Origin: Diplonema japonicum | Taxonomy: Eukaryota; Protista; Euglenozoa: Diplonemea | Reading direction: 5' to 3' | Assembly (NCBI GenBank): GCA_964019335.1 | Contig: OZ025698.1 | Location: forward strand, 124,001 to 188,000 | DNA length: 64,000 bases | Shown: positions 11,751 through 24,300 of the stretch, one piece after another | Position numbering within the stretch: position 1 is the first letter of the stretch | Layout of the letters: each line of letters opens with the position of its first letter | The notes under the pieces: model-generated | Told to the model about the DNA's origin: nothing | The model's database searches: none | Seen by the model: only the letters and a program-made list of their open reading frames with translations | Program-made: the position numbers and the translations under genes

Positions 11751-12327
11751 CTGAATGAGGTTTGTGCATCATTAGTTTCTAAAGATTCTGTCTTGCGAGC
11801 AACTTCTTTTCTACGCAAACATATGTTGCTTCCCTGTGGACAGGGTGACCTTGCTCTGGTTAGTTCGCCCGTTCGACCTGATGCCGCCAATCTGCATTTG
11901 ATTCTGTGGAGTAAACACAGGCAGCTGAAATGATATTGCAAGTAGGAATAAAAAGCGAAAAAGTAAAAAAACAGGTGAAGAAGGATAAATACTGCATACG
12001 AAAAAGGAAAAAAGTGACATCCTCAAGAGGAGCCTCCCACGTACCAGCAGCACACAACTACAAACACAGAAGAAATAACACCATTTTGGAGATAAAAGTG
12101 CGCTGAATTGTTAAAGGGGAGACACATTGTTAAAGGGGAGAAACATTTCACAACAACAATAGTACTCTTTAATTACCTTGAATCCATCATCTTGTTTCAG
12201 GGGTTAGTGCCGTGAGAGTCATTTTGAAGAACACCTCTCGATCTTGAGACGGTAACGCTATTACAGTAATGGAGACGTCGAAATTTCTCTGAAAACGTTT
12301 ACAACACTAAAACGTATGCTCATGCGC

Positions 12328-12936
12328 CTACTGTTCTTTATATGGTGTGAACGAATAATATTTCGGCCTAGAATCGAACCTTAAGTGAAGCCAAAAAACA
12401 CCTAATCCGCAAGTGCTGATCCATGTAGGGGACGTTCCTTGTGATTTTTCCAGCGCAACACTGCCCGCTGTTTTCCAGAATTCAGCGAGACGGCTGTTTG
12501 AGGCAGTGTTTAAAAACTTGAGCAGGTGTGCAAAACTGTCAGTTGTGTCACGTGCGCACGGTACCACTAACGTTGCGTCCCCACCCAAGTTCGAGAATGA
12601 TGCCACCGAAGCATCTTCACCCTTTCTACTACATTTTCCTGCAAATGTCTCGTGATCGGCACCTGCTGTCGCCAATGCTGTGCTAGTTGCGTCTAGAACA
12701 ACAAACTCAAAGTTCTTCTTCAAGTCCAACTTTGGGGTCTCAAAAAAGATCGCTTTGTACCCGCGTTCCTGTGCTAGAGTAACAATTTCCTTGGACAACT
12801 TCACCGCAAGACCCTGGTTGCCCCTTGAAAATGCAGTAAACACATCCCCAGAAAGATCGGGTAGAAGACACTTCACACCACCCTTCACGCTCTCTGTCTC
12901 CCACTTTTTTGTTTCCATAACAACACCAGAGTACAT
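12328..12936 (-). CDS. Conserved hypothetical protein (DUF6940-like), host gene
   Basis: Clean 202-aa ORF with FFETP, SFSNLGGDATLVVP and TWISTCGLGVFWLHLRFDSRPKYY. Confidence 0.7.
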   Translation of the reverse strand: MYSGVVMETKKWETESVKGGVKCLLPDLSGDVFTAFSRGNQGLAVKLSKEIVTLAQERGYKAIFFETPKLDLKKNFEFVVLDATSTALATAGADHETFAGKCSRKGEDASVASFSNLGGDATLVVPCARDTTDSFAHLLKFLNTASNSRLAEFWKTAGSVALEKSQGTSPTWISTCGLGVFWLHLRFDSRPKYYSFTPYKEQ

Positions 12937-13212
12937 TGTCTAATATGGTTTTTTTTTTTTTTTTTTTTTTTGTTTTCTTCTTTCCCGTGTACTTCCACTG
13001 TGTTTTTTTTTCGCGTTTTTGCATTTTCATGGTAGGAAACAGTGGTTAGCAACGGCACTCAAAAATGCAGGTGAACATGTCGGAGAGGCCAGGGGTGGGT
13101 TGGCGAAGCCGCCAGAATTACTTCCCCTCACGCAAAAGGGCCAAAGGATGGCTGGGAATTAGAGCAATTCAGTCCGTGTCGGGGGGGGGGGGATGTGTGC
13201 GAAAAAAAAAGA

Positions 13213-16200
13213 GACATTTAAGGGTACCTGCGGTATGTGACAGGACACCTGAAGAGTCTCAATCTATCTTTTGATCGAACCTTTCTGTTGTGGTGTGGCC
13301 TTCGGCTCCTCGTTCACCTTCCTCGGTACCTTAGGTATGAAACCCTCAACCGAGTTGGTAAGGACACAATAGTTGTACAGTTGTTTCTCAAGGATGTGGC
13401 GGGTCGCCGGGGAGGCGAATACCGGTCTAGAGGAGTAGCCCCTTATGGAGCCGTTGCAGTAACCCAACGTGCGTAGGGAGTGGACAGAGTCTACCGAAGC
13501 AGCTGGAATGAGGGGCGCTATGCGCTTATTGGTGTGGATGCGTTCTAGTGCCGCTATCACCCGGCCTATGACACGCGCGCTCTCCTGGATGTCCTCACCC
13601 TCTCCACAAGGCGAGAGTCCCTCTGTGGCAATGAAGTCTACGGCCAGCTCAAGCCTGGAGACCTGTCCACCTGTTGTGCCCCAGTGAAGGGCCGAGAGCC
13701 ATCGGATGACGTGCGGGAACAGCCGCGGGAGGTACTGCTGCCTCAAACCGTTGTCGTAGTACCACCTCAGTGACCGCGGCTTGAGCAAACACCCCTTCTC
13801 GAAGGGCCTGTTCCACAAGTGAACACTGAAGTCCACTGTCTTCTTTCGTGCAAAGGCGAGCTGCAAGTTGCCAGTAATTTCCGCCATCATTAGCTGTAAC
13901 TCAGCTGTTTCCAGCACGAGCCCCCCCGTCGCAATGCCATGCAGTTGTGTGCACCGGGGCCACTGGTCACGTTGTGCGCATAGTGCCGCCCGCTTCTCGG
14001 ATGCTGTCCTGATGTGCTCGTGCGCCTGGCAGTCCCAGAGGGTGTGCTCCAGGAGCCTTGACGTATGTTGCGAAATGTCGAAAGTAGCGTCGCATCCCAT
14101 GCATATCGTCCGCCCCCCGACCGTGTCGTTCATGACCTTGGGATGGAACGGGAAAACGGCCCCCACTATCACCTGTAGCACCCTTCGAGCTTTGGGCGGA
14201 TTTCGGGTCGCCAGGTGCAAGTGTAGCTCGTTGGTGGCCTTCTCGTCGATGTTGCCCGTCCCCTGAAAGGAGGGTCTGCTCTCTTCTAGGGCCGTTCGCA
14301 GGTGGACCTTCAGGAGCTTCCTGACCTCGTGCTTCAGGGCCCTTGGCTCCAGGGGTACCCATTGCCGCGCGAACTGCGCCCAGCTGGACCCCAGTTCCCC
14401 CAGCAGTTCGTGGGTCTGTCCGAGCATCCCGCAAGGGCCGAGGGGGTTCCCGCCCCGGGCAGCTTCCTTTTACTTGTCCCTGCACTTCTTAACGAGTGCC
14501 CTGGACCCTTCGTCGCTTTGCATCATTCGCGCAAACGTCGTGATTCTGCGGTATGCGGCTGCAGAATAAGGGTCCAGCCTGTGACCTTTGAAAGCCACCC
14601 GACGAGCGAGTCGGGTTGTGTGGGCCCCATATGCAAGAGGTAATCTTCTTCCTGAGGGAGTCCAGAAGCGAGTCCGTGGGCGGTGTGTAGAGCACTCCGT
14701 AGAGCGCCGCTGGGGATGCAGTCCTCTATCAGTAGAGCCTTACGCGATCTCGTGATGTGGGTTACCGCGAGCCTGTCGACCGCATCCAGCGCCGTGGCGA
14801 ACCTGGTGTTCTTCGTTCTGGTGGGCTGCAAGCACACTGTGCACCCCAGCATAGTGATGCTTTTCACTGTTTCAAATACGGTGTCCCTCATTGCCAGCTT
14901 GCCTCTGTACCCCTTCTTGGTGCTGAAGGCTTTAGTCTTCCCGGGTGTACCGACATGTTCGTCAGGCGGCAGAGCTCGTCCAGCAGGAGAATGGAACTCT
15001 GGACCGCCCTCTCCGAGATCCTAGAGAAGAGGTATAGGTCGTCTGCGTAAGAGATGGGTAGGACTTCTGGGGATGTGGCGACGCATCGCCTGGTGTAGGC
15101 AGCGAGGATGGCATTGATGAAGACGGGCGAGATAGGGCATCCCTGGAGGATCCCATTTGTGGTGCGGAACACCTCCCCTACCCCCGCCTGGAAGCGCAAA
15201 CGTCGGTCGAGGTTGGCGTACATGGATCTCAGTGGTCTTAGGATGTTCTCGGACATGCCCAGTCTCTCCGCCAGGCCGAACGTTAATGTGACAGGGATGG
15301 AGTTGAAACACTTCCTGAAGTCCACTGACAGACCATACAGAGGTTCCGCCCCCTGTCTGGCATTTTCCACTTGCGCACACACTTTGAAGAGTAGGTCATC
15401 AACGCCGTGTTTTGGCCTAAATCCGTGCTGTGTCGGGGTGATCCACCGTTCCTGCCACTCGAGAATGGCTGGAAGCCTGGCGCACGCCCAGAAGGCACTA
15501 GAAACCGTGATCGGGCGATGATCCAGGGGTTCCTCCGACTCAGATTTCGGGACCATCGTGATCAGGGCTGTCAGGATGGCCTGTGGCCACACGCCGGTCG
15601 ACTCGATCCAGTCAAAGAGGAACAAGAAACCATCGAGGAGCTCCGGGGGTAGGTGTGCTAGCTCACTCAGCCTCCATCCGTCAACCCCCGCACAGTGCTG
15701 CCGCTGTTTCTTGTAGAGGACCTTTTGCAGCTGAGCATAGGTGAGTTCCGTGGTGGTCATCGAACAGTGCGGGATATATCCTCCGAAGAATTTCACGAAC
15801 TCTTCAGTTGCCGGCTCCGGCCTGTCCTTGTACATCTGGAACACAGGACTCCATGCCTCCCTGAACGCGCGGTCGATCTCGCCTAGATTGGTGCTGAGCC
15901 TCCCGTCAGCCGTCCGGACCGCCAGTAGCTCTCTCGATTGTTTGCCCTGCACCAGTCCTGCTATGGTCCGTCGATGCTTCGTAAAGTGGTGCTCCATTTC
16001 CCTTTTGTGCTTAGTCCCCCGAGCTAACTTGTTGGCGACGTCCATAGTTCTCTGCAGTTGGAGCACTTTAACCTGCATCTCCGCGGCGTCCCTGGCCAAA
16101 TCCACCGACGGCACCGCGTTCTCTGGTCTGACGCGTTGATTTACCGCTCGTCGCACCACGTTGTCCCAAGCTTTACAGATTTCATGCGGAGGGGCTCCAC

Positions 16201-19200
16201 ATAGAGGCTTCAGCCGCCTGATTATAGCCGCACAGCCTACGCGAATTTTCTCGAGCGCCAGATACCTTTTCGAGACCGCACCCATACTGTGCGCTGTGGC
16301 AGGCGCCGTTATGCACTTGAGAGTCGGCTCTCCCAGACTCCCTCGCCCAAGGTAGCTCGGATTAAAGCTTTCCCTTGACGTTCCCAGTAGGTGCCGTTCG
16401 CAAATCGAGGAAAGGAACTGGTAGGCGCTGTCCATGTCATCCAGCTCCCTGAAAGACGCCAGCGTTTGTAGGAGGTCCGCAGGCGGGGGGCGCCTTTGCC
16501 CGGCCGGAGCCGGGGCAATCTGCCTAGGAATGGAAAACCGGTAGGTCGTTTGCTTGAGCGCTGTGATTCCTAGCCTAAGCCTAAGAGCATGGCGATGTCG
16601 ACCGTTTCGCAGTTCTTCAACGTGTGGGCCGCAACCCTGTTAAGCAGGATGTAGTCCGGTCTGGGCCTCGCTACTGCAGTGGCAAAGGTAGGGGGGGTTT
16701 CCTCGTTCTTGCGTCCGGCAATTGTCGCGGCCGCGTCCACCCACTGGTCCGCAAGCGCTTCAGCTAGCACGGGGGATTCCCCCATTGACGTGTTGAAATC
16801 GCCAGTGACCACTGGGACCTCCCCCAGCTCACTAACGCCGCAAACGGTTTCATGCAGGAGCCTTTCCCTCTCCCGTCTGGCGTTCGCGGTGCCGTCCTTC
16901 ACCGGACAATATAGCGTGATCACATGCAGCCATGTGTTGGTACCCACCGCGATCCTTGCGTGCACCCTCCGCGATGTCGGCATGTCCCCACTGAACACCG
17001 TGCTGTCCCGCAGCGCCAGGAGTCGCTTCTTCACCAGGATGCCCACCCCTCCTCGTACTGCAACGTCCGGAGCTGCCAGCCCGTGAATCACCTTGCACTC
17101 CTGCGGCGGTCCCCACAACATTCTATGCGCTTGGAGGAACGAGTCCATCTTCGTCTCCAGCTCGACCCTCAGTTGACCCGCCTTCGTGAGGGCTGTCTCC
17201 TGCAAACAGGCGATGTCGAAGCACTGCGTCCTTAACCTGTTCTCATGGTTCCGGTAGTTCGTCATGTTCGCAGAGAGCAGCACCACTTCATCCGGGTTGG
17301 CGGGCCCCGGGTTGGGGAGAATGTCACCATGTGTGAGGAGTCTCCTCCGAGTCTCGCCAGCAATTGATTTCCTCGAACGTTTGGTAACGGGTCGGCGACC
17401 TCGAGGCATCGCCACCGGCCTGCGGCGTGAGCATAACGCTCCGTTGGAGGGAGCACCAAACCAGTCGGAGGGTATGCAACGTGGGCTGAGGAGTGAGAGC
17501 GCGTCGAGGGTTAGCCCGTCCAGCGTGATCAGAGTGAGAAGTGCAAAAAGGAAAAGGAGCAAGGGTCGGAGTAGGGAGCCTGACCACGAGGATAGTCAGT
17601 TGAACTCATCCTGCGTGACCAGTGCTAGGTCCATCAGCGCCGCCTGGTCAGCGTCCCTTTTTCGTGAGGGGGAAGCGGATTCAGCGGCCGCCCGTTTGGC
17701 ATCAGCCTCCGCTTTAGCCTTCGCGAGTGGGGATAGTGGGAATTCAGCCTCCGTGAGCTTAACATGAGACCTTCCCTTGGGGTGGTATGCACGTCCGCAG
17801 CGCCGAGGTTTGTCCTCGACAGTCCATTCTCTGATCGAGATGGAGGGCATGTTGTCCGGTCGGCTGATGATGAGTGTGGAGGGGGGCTCCTCTGCCCTTG
17901 CTAGCCATCCCCCCGGGCATCCTGCTGAGCTTCTTCACCTCCCACCCCTGCATCCTGCAGTCGTCGGTGATGTCGCACGGGTGCTCCCCGTACGCGGTCC
18001 CCTCGATCACATACTTCTTCCCCACCTGGTCTTCCGGCAGGAACGCAGCGCCAAGGGATTGTGTCACCACGTGCCGAGCAGTGCCTGGCGGGAGCATGAT
18101 CGCCAGACCGATGGGGGTGGCTGTGAGGGCAATACGGAGGCTAGAAGAAGGCCCGGTGAAGGTACGAGGAACATCCACCGGTCGGATCGTTTTCTTGAGC
18201 TGGATGACTTCCAGCCGTTCCTCGGGGAGGGCGTGTGTCCAGTATACGTCGTTGTCACCGCTGTTGCTGAGGAGGCGGCTGGCGTGCAGCCAGTCCACGC
18301 GCACCCTTGCAGTTGCTCGCTGCGCCGTCCTCTCGACCCGCCATACGTTGTCCCTCGTGACCTCGTAGGCTTCCTGTTTGTCCTTAGCAGCTAGCATCGC
18401 CATCCTGGCCACTGCCTCCCCGTCCGTAGTTCTCGCCCACTGCTCGTTGGAGCAGAAGTCCTTGGCGACAATCGCCACGAGGACCACTGTCCTGTTCGTG
18501 CGCGTCTTGGGCTTGTCCCCGTCGGCCATCGTCGGGTCGTAGTGATCGCCGGACGTCCACAGGGTCTTGATGCCTCTGCTAGTGGGGGTCGCAACCTCCC
18601 TGGCGCCCTCGAACCGGGTTGTTGAGACGACGCGGTGGTCCAGCTACAGGCTCGCCAACCTCGCCGCTAGGACTTCGGGGTCGGGACAGTTGAAGTAGAT
18701 CCCCTTGAGAAGTGGTTCGGGGACTTCGTTGAAAATGGGCACGCCGCTCCAGTGTTTCGCGTCCAGGGAGGTCTTTGGTGGGGGGCCTCTCAGTTTGTCA
18801 GCCCACGTGGAGGTCACAGGTCGCTTCTGCTGGTCTGGCTTCCTGGGTCTGATTGGTTGCCCGACCGTCTGCCACTTCCCGGCCTTTTGGAGCTGCGGTT
18901 GTTGTTGCTTGGCTGGGGTCTGCTTCTGTTGCTGTCCCTGCTGCTGCTTCTGTGGCTGTCCCTGCTTCTGGCTGTCCCTGCTTCTGTTGCTGTCCCTGCT
19001 GTCCTTTCATGAGCTTCAAAAGCAATCCCACTATCCTGGCGCATTCTCCGCTCCAAGCCCCCTGGCTTGCCAGTCTCTCTGCTTCGTCGAGCAGCTCTCC
19101 GATCAGCTTCCTATCCATTTTGGTGGGAAGACAAGTTTTTTTTTTTTTATGATTATTATTATATTATTTTATATTATTTATTAGTTTCTTGAGTTTATAG

Positions 19201-19305
19201 TATAGTCAAGTATGATTGATGTTCCACTCCCGTGTTGAAAGGAAGTAGAGATTAACCCCGTTCTATATTTATCAGCCACGGGGAGCGACCAATAAAGTAC
19301 AGAAA
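13213..19305 (-). mobile_element. Near full-length, decayed non-LTR retrotransposon, family D (SL relic, ORF1, 2A-like, APE, RT, C-terminal Cys/His; no RNase H seen)
   Basis: SL 3' part at 19290-19305; ORF1 pieces 17596-19118; LSANMT, CLQET, TGDFN, PDYIL (APE); RPITV, DFRKCFNSI, GILQGCPISP, YADD (RT); several frameshifts. Confidence 0.88.
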
Positions 19306-22010
19306 AAAAAAAAAAAACCAAAACAACACTTCAATCATGTCGAAGGACGGAGAAAGGGACAGGGGGAGGGGTAAAGACAAGGCGAAGGACAGGGAGAGAG
19401 AGAGAGACCCCTCCCCAGAGAAGAGGGAAAAGAAAAGCGGAGCGCAGGTGAAGGGTGAGGCTAAGAACCTCATGTCAGCCTACGATGCATCTCTCATGGC
19501 ATCGAGGGTGACACCGAAACGAACACCGCCGCCCCAGTGGCCAATAACACCGCCACCATCAACGCCGCCACCGCGGCCAACCGCGCCACTGCGCCCAACG
19601 TCGAGGGACTGGCGGATGTCTCGGTGCTCTACGCCGACGACGTGGCGGTCGTGATCTCCTCTGGACAAGGGGACATGGCTGGGCTGGAGCGGAAGGCGCA
19701 GGCGGTGGTGGATGCGGTTGAGGACTGGTGCGGGGAGCGTGACATGCTGCTGAGCACGTCCAAGACGCAGGCAGTCTGCGTCCCCCCCCAGAAACGTCTC
19801 GGGGTCTACTTCACTTCGTCACGAGTCCCCCCTTCAGCCAGGTGCCTTCCAGAACCCGCTCTTCGGCCTGGGGGTGAACGCCGATGGCACGATCAGCTGG
19901 CGGGCCTTCAGGTTGTGGAGGCGGGTGGTGTGCGGATCCGCTGCGTGCGGGACATGCATGCAGCCGTGCGACAACCCGACGTGGATTACGTTGCGGCCCG
20001 TCCCCTGCCTCTGTCTGAACACGCGAGGTACCTTGGGGTGACGGTGGACTCTGGGCTCACGTTCGGTGAACACGCACAGGACATCCTACGGCGGGCCAGC
20101 AAAAGGCTGAGGGTGCTGAAGCTCTTGTCTGGCACGTCCTGGGGCAGCAAGAGGGACACTCTGCGGTCTCTCTACGTTACGTACATCCTCCCGCTGCTGC
20201 GCTACTGCATGGGGGTCTACTACAGCAGGCTCGATGATGTCGGGAGGAAGGACCTGGCTGGGCTTCACCAGGAGGCGGCGGTGCTGATCACGGGCTGCTG
20301 GAGTGGCTCCGGAGGTACAAGCTCCTAGCCTGCTTCCCCTCGAAAGAATGGCGGAGGGTGCTGCGGCGACGATGACGGCGAAGGCCTTCTGCTGGCAGTC
20401 CTCCCCGGTTCACAGGGAGACGGTCAAGCTGAAGCAGGCGAACAGGCTGGGGTGTGGGTGGCTGCGCTCTGGCTACCAAGCACTGCGTCGATGCGGGCTG
20501 GAACCAAAGGTGCACTTCGAGTACCTGTCGGCTACGCCCCTGACGGCCCCGTGGCAGACAGGCATGGTCGACTTCAGAACTGACCTCCCCGGCGGGGTCA
20601 CGCGATCGTCGCCAGACGCGGACAGGCGGAAGGCGGCCGACCCCCGGGCATCCATGCCTACACGGATGGCTCGGTTGTACAGGTCGGACAGAAGGCGAAA
20701 GGTGGCTCTGGGGTTTATCTGCAGCTGTCCCCCCCCTGACCCCTGTGTCTGTGTGCCATGGCGTCAACGACTTCTGTTCATCTTTTCGGGCAGAGGGCAT
20801 GGCTGTGAAAACGGCGCTGGATATGGTGGCTACCCTCCGAAAAACACACCCTTCGCTGGCGAAGTCCCCGCTGTCGATCTGCACCGACTCCCTCTCCCTC
20901 GTCGAGCAGCTGCGAGCTGGCCCAACGCGACAGAGGGAGAAGCTCGACCACCAGACGTGGAGCCGGCTGGTGACCGCGGCGCGCACGCAGGGGACACCGG
21001 TGGTCCTCCAGTTTGTGCCCTCCCACTGTGGGGTGGACGGGAACGAGAAGGCTGACGCTCTAGCCGGGGAGGGAACGAAGCGGAAGCAGGACAGGCCCTC
21101 CCTTGACTACCGATCAGTGAGGGCCCTGAGTCCGCGGAGCTCATAACATCCCTCGCCCACAACTACGCGGTGGCGACCGAGCTTCGGACCGCGCACTTCC
21201 CCCTTGGCTTCCCCAGACAAGCTGAAACGGTCATCTCGCGGCTGCGGATTGGTCACTCGGCTCTCTTCTTCGGCTTCCTGCAGACTGCTGGCCCGAACAG
21301 GAAGCACAAGGGTGTGCTCCGGTGCCCGGCCTGCCACGCAGCACCGATGTCCAGGGAGCATGTTGTCGGTGGGTGCCCTGTGATCGGGAGGGGGGCGATC
21401 GACACTCCTGCTGGTACTCCTCCCTAGCGTTCTCCCTGTCGAGACGCGTGACCCAGATCTACGACCTCGTTGTTGAGTCTGGCCTGCTCGCCTGGTCACG
21501 CTCCGGACTGTTCACCTCGCCATCATCCCTGGCGTCTACAGACGTCACTGCACCTTCGAACGTGCCGCCCCCTCCTCCGGTCTCTCTTGACGCCGGTCCC
21601 GCGGCCCCCGTGTTGCGCTAAGGGACCGCCCCGCGTGTGTGTGTGTGAAATGAAATGTTGTGTCTCCCCATTCTCTCTTCCTCTCCATGTTTTCCCATTT
21701 CCCCTTTCCTTTATGATTCGCCCAATAGGAGCAATACCTCCCTGGGGGGCTTTCCGCCGGAGATTCCAGCCAAAGAAGGACATCCAGCTGGAAGGTAGGC
21801 CCCCGTTTTTCTCTCACTTGACTGAGGGAATAATGTAATTCAGCCCTCTTCGGCTGTCCCAAAGCAGAGCACGGGTTGGTGGGGGACCAGGGCTCCTCCT
21901 GCTTGCAGAAGCCTGGTCCTTTGCCCTCCCTATTTCCCCATGGTTTCCCTTCACCTTTTTTCCCTTTTCTCAGGTGTTGCTCTCCATGGCGGCCCTGCAT
22001 TGGTATTTTG

Positions 22011-22041
<31 letters not shown>
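19306..22041 (+). mobile_element. Chimeric, internally deleted retroelement: ORF1 start of the 8827-9916 family joined to family B RT, RNase H, 3' UTR and poly(A)
   Basis: MSKDGERDRGRG start; switches to EGLADVSVLYADD at about 19602; family B 3' end at 21965-22041. Confidence 0.85.
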
Positions 22042-22044
<3 letters not shown>

Positions 22045-22231
22045 TTGTAGGCTGGGTTCCCGCGGAGAGAGAATCGGAGCGGAGGCGTCAAGTACGGTGG
22101 ACCACCTCAAGGGATGTAAGTCCATTGTGTGACACAGTCTCTCGGTGAAGGTCCGACTTCTGGTGGGTAGGCAGGCAGGGGGTCGAATACACACACACAC
22201 ATGAAAATGTAAGCCCGACCCGAGTGTGTGA

Positions 22232-24299
22232 GGGGGTTGGGGTACACATAAAAAAAAAGATGTCTTTGAGGGAACCTGCAGTATGTGACAGGATCGCCTA
22301 ACGACAATCAACTCATCTAGTGTTTGATCCCTTCTGTCGTGGTAGTGCCTTAGGCCCGTCGTAGTATCTTTTCAGCAGCTTGGGCGTGAAACCAACTAGC
22401 GAGTTGTTGAGGATGCAATGAGTTCGTAACTGTTCCTCTAGTATAGGGTGGGTGATCTTCGGGGTTGCGAAGACCGGACGAGTGGAGTACCCAGTGATGG
22501 GTTGGCTGTGGGCCCTAGGGTACGCAAAGAGTGTACTGATTTCTTAGGTTCTGCTGGAATCAGGTGACTCCCCGTGCCTTTTTGGTGAATCCTGTCCAAA
22601 ACTCTTAGGATTCCGCCGATTTTTCTTGCCCAGCTCGCTAGGTCTTCACCCTCCATGTGGATCCTTTCTGTTGCAATTAGGTCGACCGCAAGTTCCGCCT
22701 TGGACACCTGCCCACCGTCCTTGCCCCACTTGAGGGCTTTCAGCCATTTGAGGATAAACGGGATTAGGCCTGGGAAGTACTTCTTCGCCAGCCGGTTCTT
22801 GTGGTACCAAGTGAGAGGTTTCGGGGTTAAGAGGTTCCCTGGCTGGAAAGGTCTATTCCAGAAGTGCTGGTTTTCGTACCTGACCTGCTTGTCGGCGTGC
22901 AGACAATCGAGTTTTCCTGCAATATCTGCAAGCATCAGGTGGAGTTCCTTGACTCTTGGCAGGCTGATGTCCGAGTCCGTTGTAATGATTCCGTGAATCT
23001 GGGTGCAGTTCGGCTAGCTCCTGTGTTCTTGCACCAGCCACTTGCGGTCGGCGTTGGCTGTCCTATAGCCGGCGTGTGCTGGACAGTGCCAAATGGTATG
23101 CTGCAGGAGGCTGCTGGTTCCATTCCTAACGTCGTAGAGTGCGTCACACCCGAGGCATTTCGCACGTGTGCCTGACAAATCGCCGTAGGCTCTGGGATGA
23201 AGGGGCAGTATGGCGCCAGTGATTGCACAAAGTAACTTTCTCGCTTTCTGGCGACCGCCATCTCGTTGTGTAGGAGGTTCGTCCTCTCCTCGTCGATGCC
23301 CGTCTCGATCCCTCCAAAGGTCTCTCGCTCTTCGGCGAGCCCGCCACGTAGCTTGTCTTTCAACAGCGTTCTGATCTCATGCTTCAGGTGTTGTAAGCCT
23401 TGCGGCAGCATTTTCGTCTGAAGGTCCTTCCATCTGGTCCCAATGTCTCGAAGCCAAACCTCTGCATTGCCAAATGGTCCTTTCGGTAACGACGGTGTTC
23501 CGTTCCGTTCCTTCGTGTACCTGTAAGTCTCCCAGCATGAAACGAAGAGGGATTTGTTCGTCTGGCGTGTGCATAGACGCCCTAGGGTTGAAAAAAAGAA
23601 CAACAACATGGTGTGAAGTATCCTGCGCTGTCCTCCTCGTGGTGGCCCCTGGGACCGCAGGCCAGGGAGGGCTGTGGTGCGAAAGCGCGAAGGCGTGTCG
23701 GGGAGGGTGCTGGAGCGAAGTCGGCCTGTTTGGCACAAGCCGCTATCGGGGCACCGGTAGCAGGGGTGTAAGACCAATCAGACTCGGTCTGAGCAAAAGG
23801 CATTCTCTCCCATCGCGCGGCGTGTGCGTGGTTGCGTGTGGTGGTGCCACCCACCGTTCCTGTTCATTCCACCAGCGTCGAGAGGCTGAGACCGATCGCG
23901 CACAGTGGAGGCCACAGGTTGTTCCCGGCGCCCTTGTAGCGTTGTCAGTCCTGCCCCAACTGAAAGGCCAGTCAGGACACAGGCTAACTGGGTACAGGTA
24001 CTCGGACAACGGTGGGGTTTGCGGGTTTGCCTTTAATATTTGGGGTTGTCTTTATTTGGTGACAGCCGAAGCCTTCGAGGCCCAAGAGCTGCGTGGCGGG
24101 GGAATGGGGAAAAAATAAGAAAGGTGGATGTCGGGGGCCCCAGGAAAATATACAAGAGGTCGAGCAAACGAGCAAGAGGTCCCCCCCCGATATGGCTCAG
24201 TAAGAGAGACTGTTTTTAACCTTCCCTTTTCAACTTTCTCCGCCCCCCATCCCCCCCCCGCCTGGTAGTGGAATAATTATTATTATTATTATAAAAAAA
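22232..24299 (+). mobile_element. Ribozyme-headed non-autonomous element, interrupted by a family D-like fragment
   Basis: 22232-22260 plus 23591-24017 match 26997-27445; (TTA)n-A tail at 24275-24299. Confidence 0.75.
22261..23590 (-). mobile_element. 5'-truncated family D-related element (ORF2 C-terminus and 3' end)
   Basis: WLKALKWGKDGGQVSKAELAVDLIATE resembles 13264-14427; flanked by an AAAAAAAGA duplication. Confidence 0.8.
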
Positions 24300-24300
24300 G

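Noticed and set aside
19200-19305. SL RNA gene (exon followed by GT)
   Set aside because: Only 16 nt of exon and no recognisable Sm site or terminator; it leads into the family D 5' UTR and ORF1.
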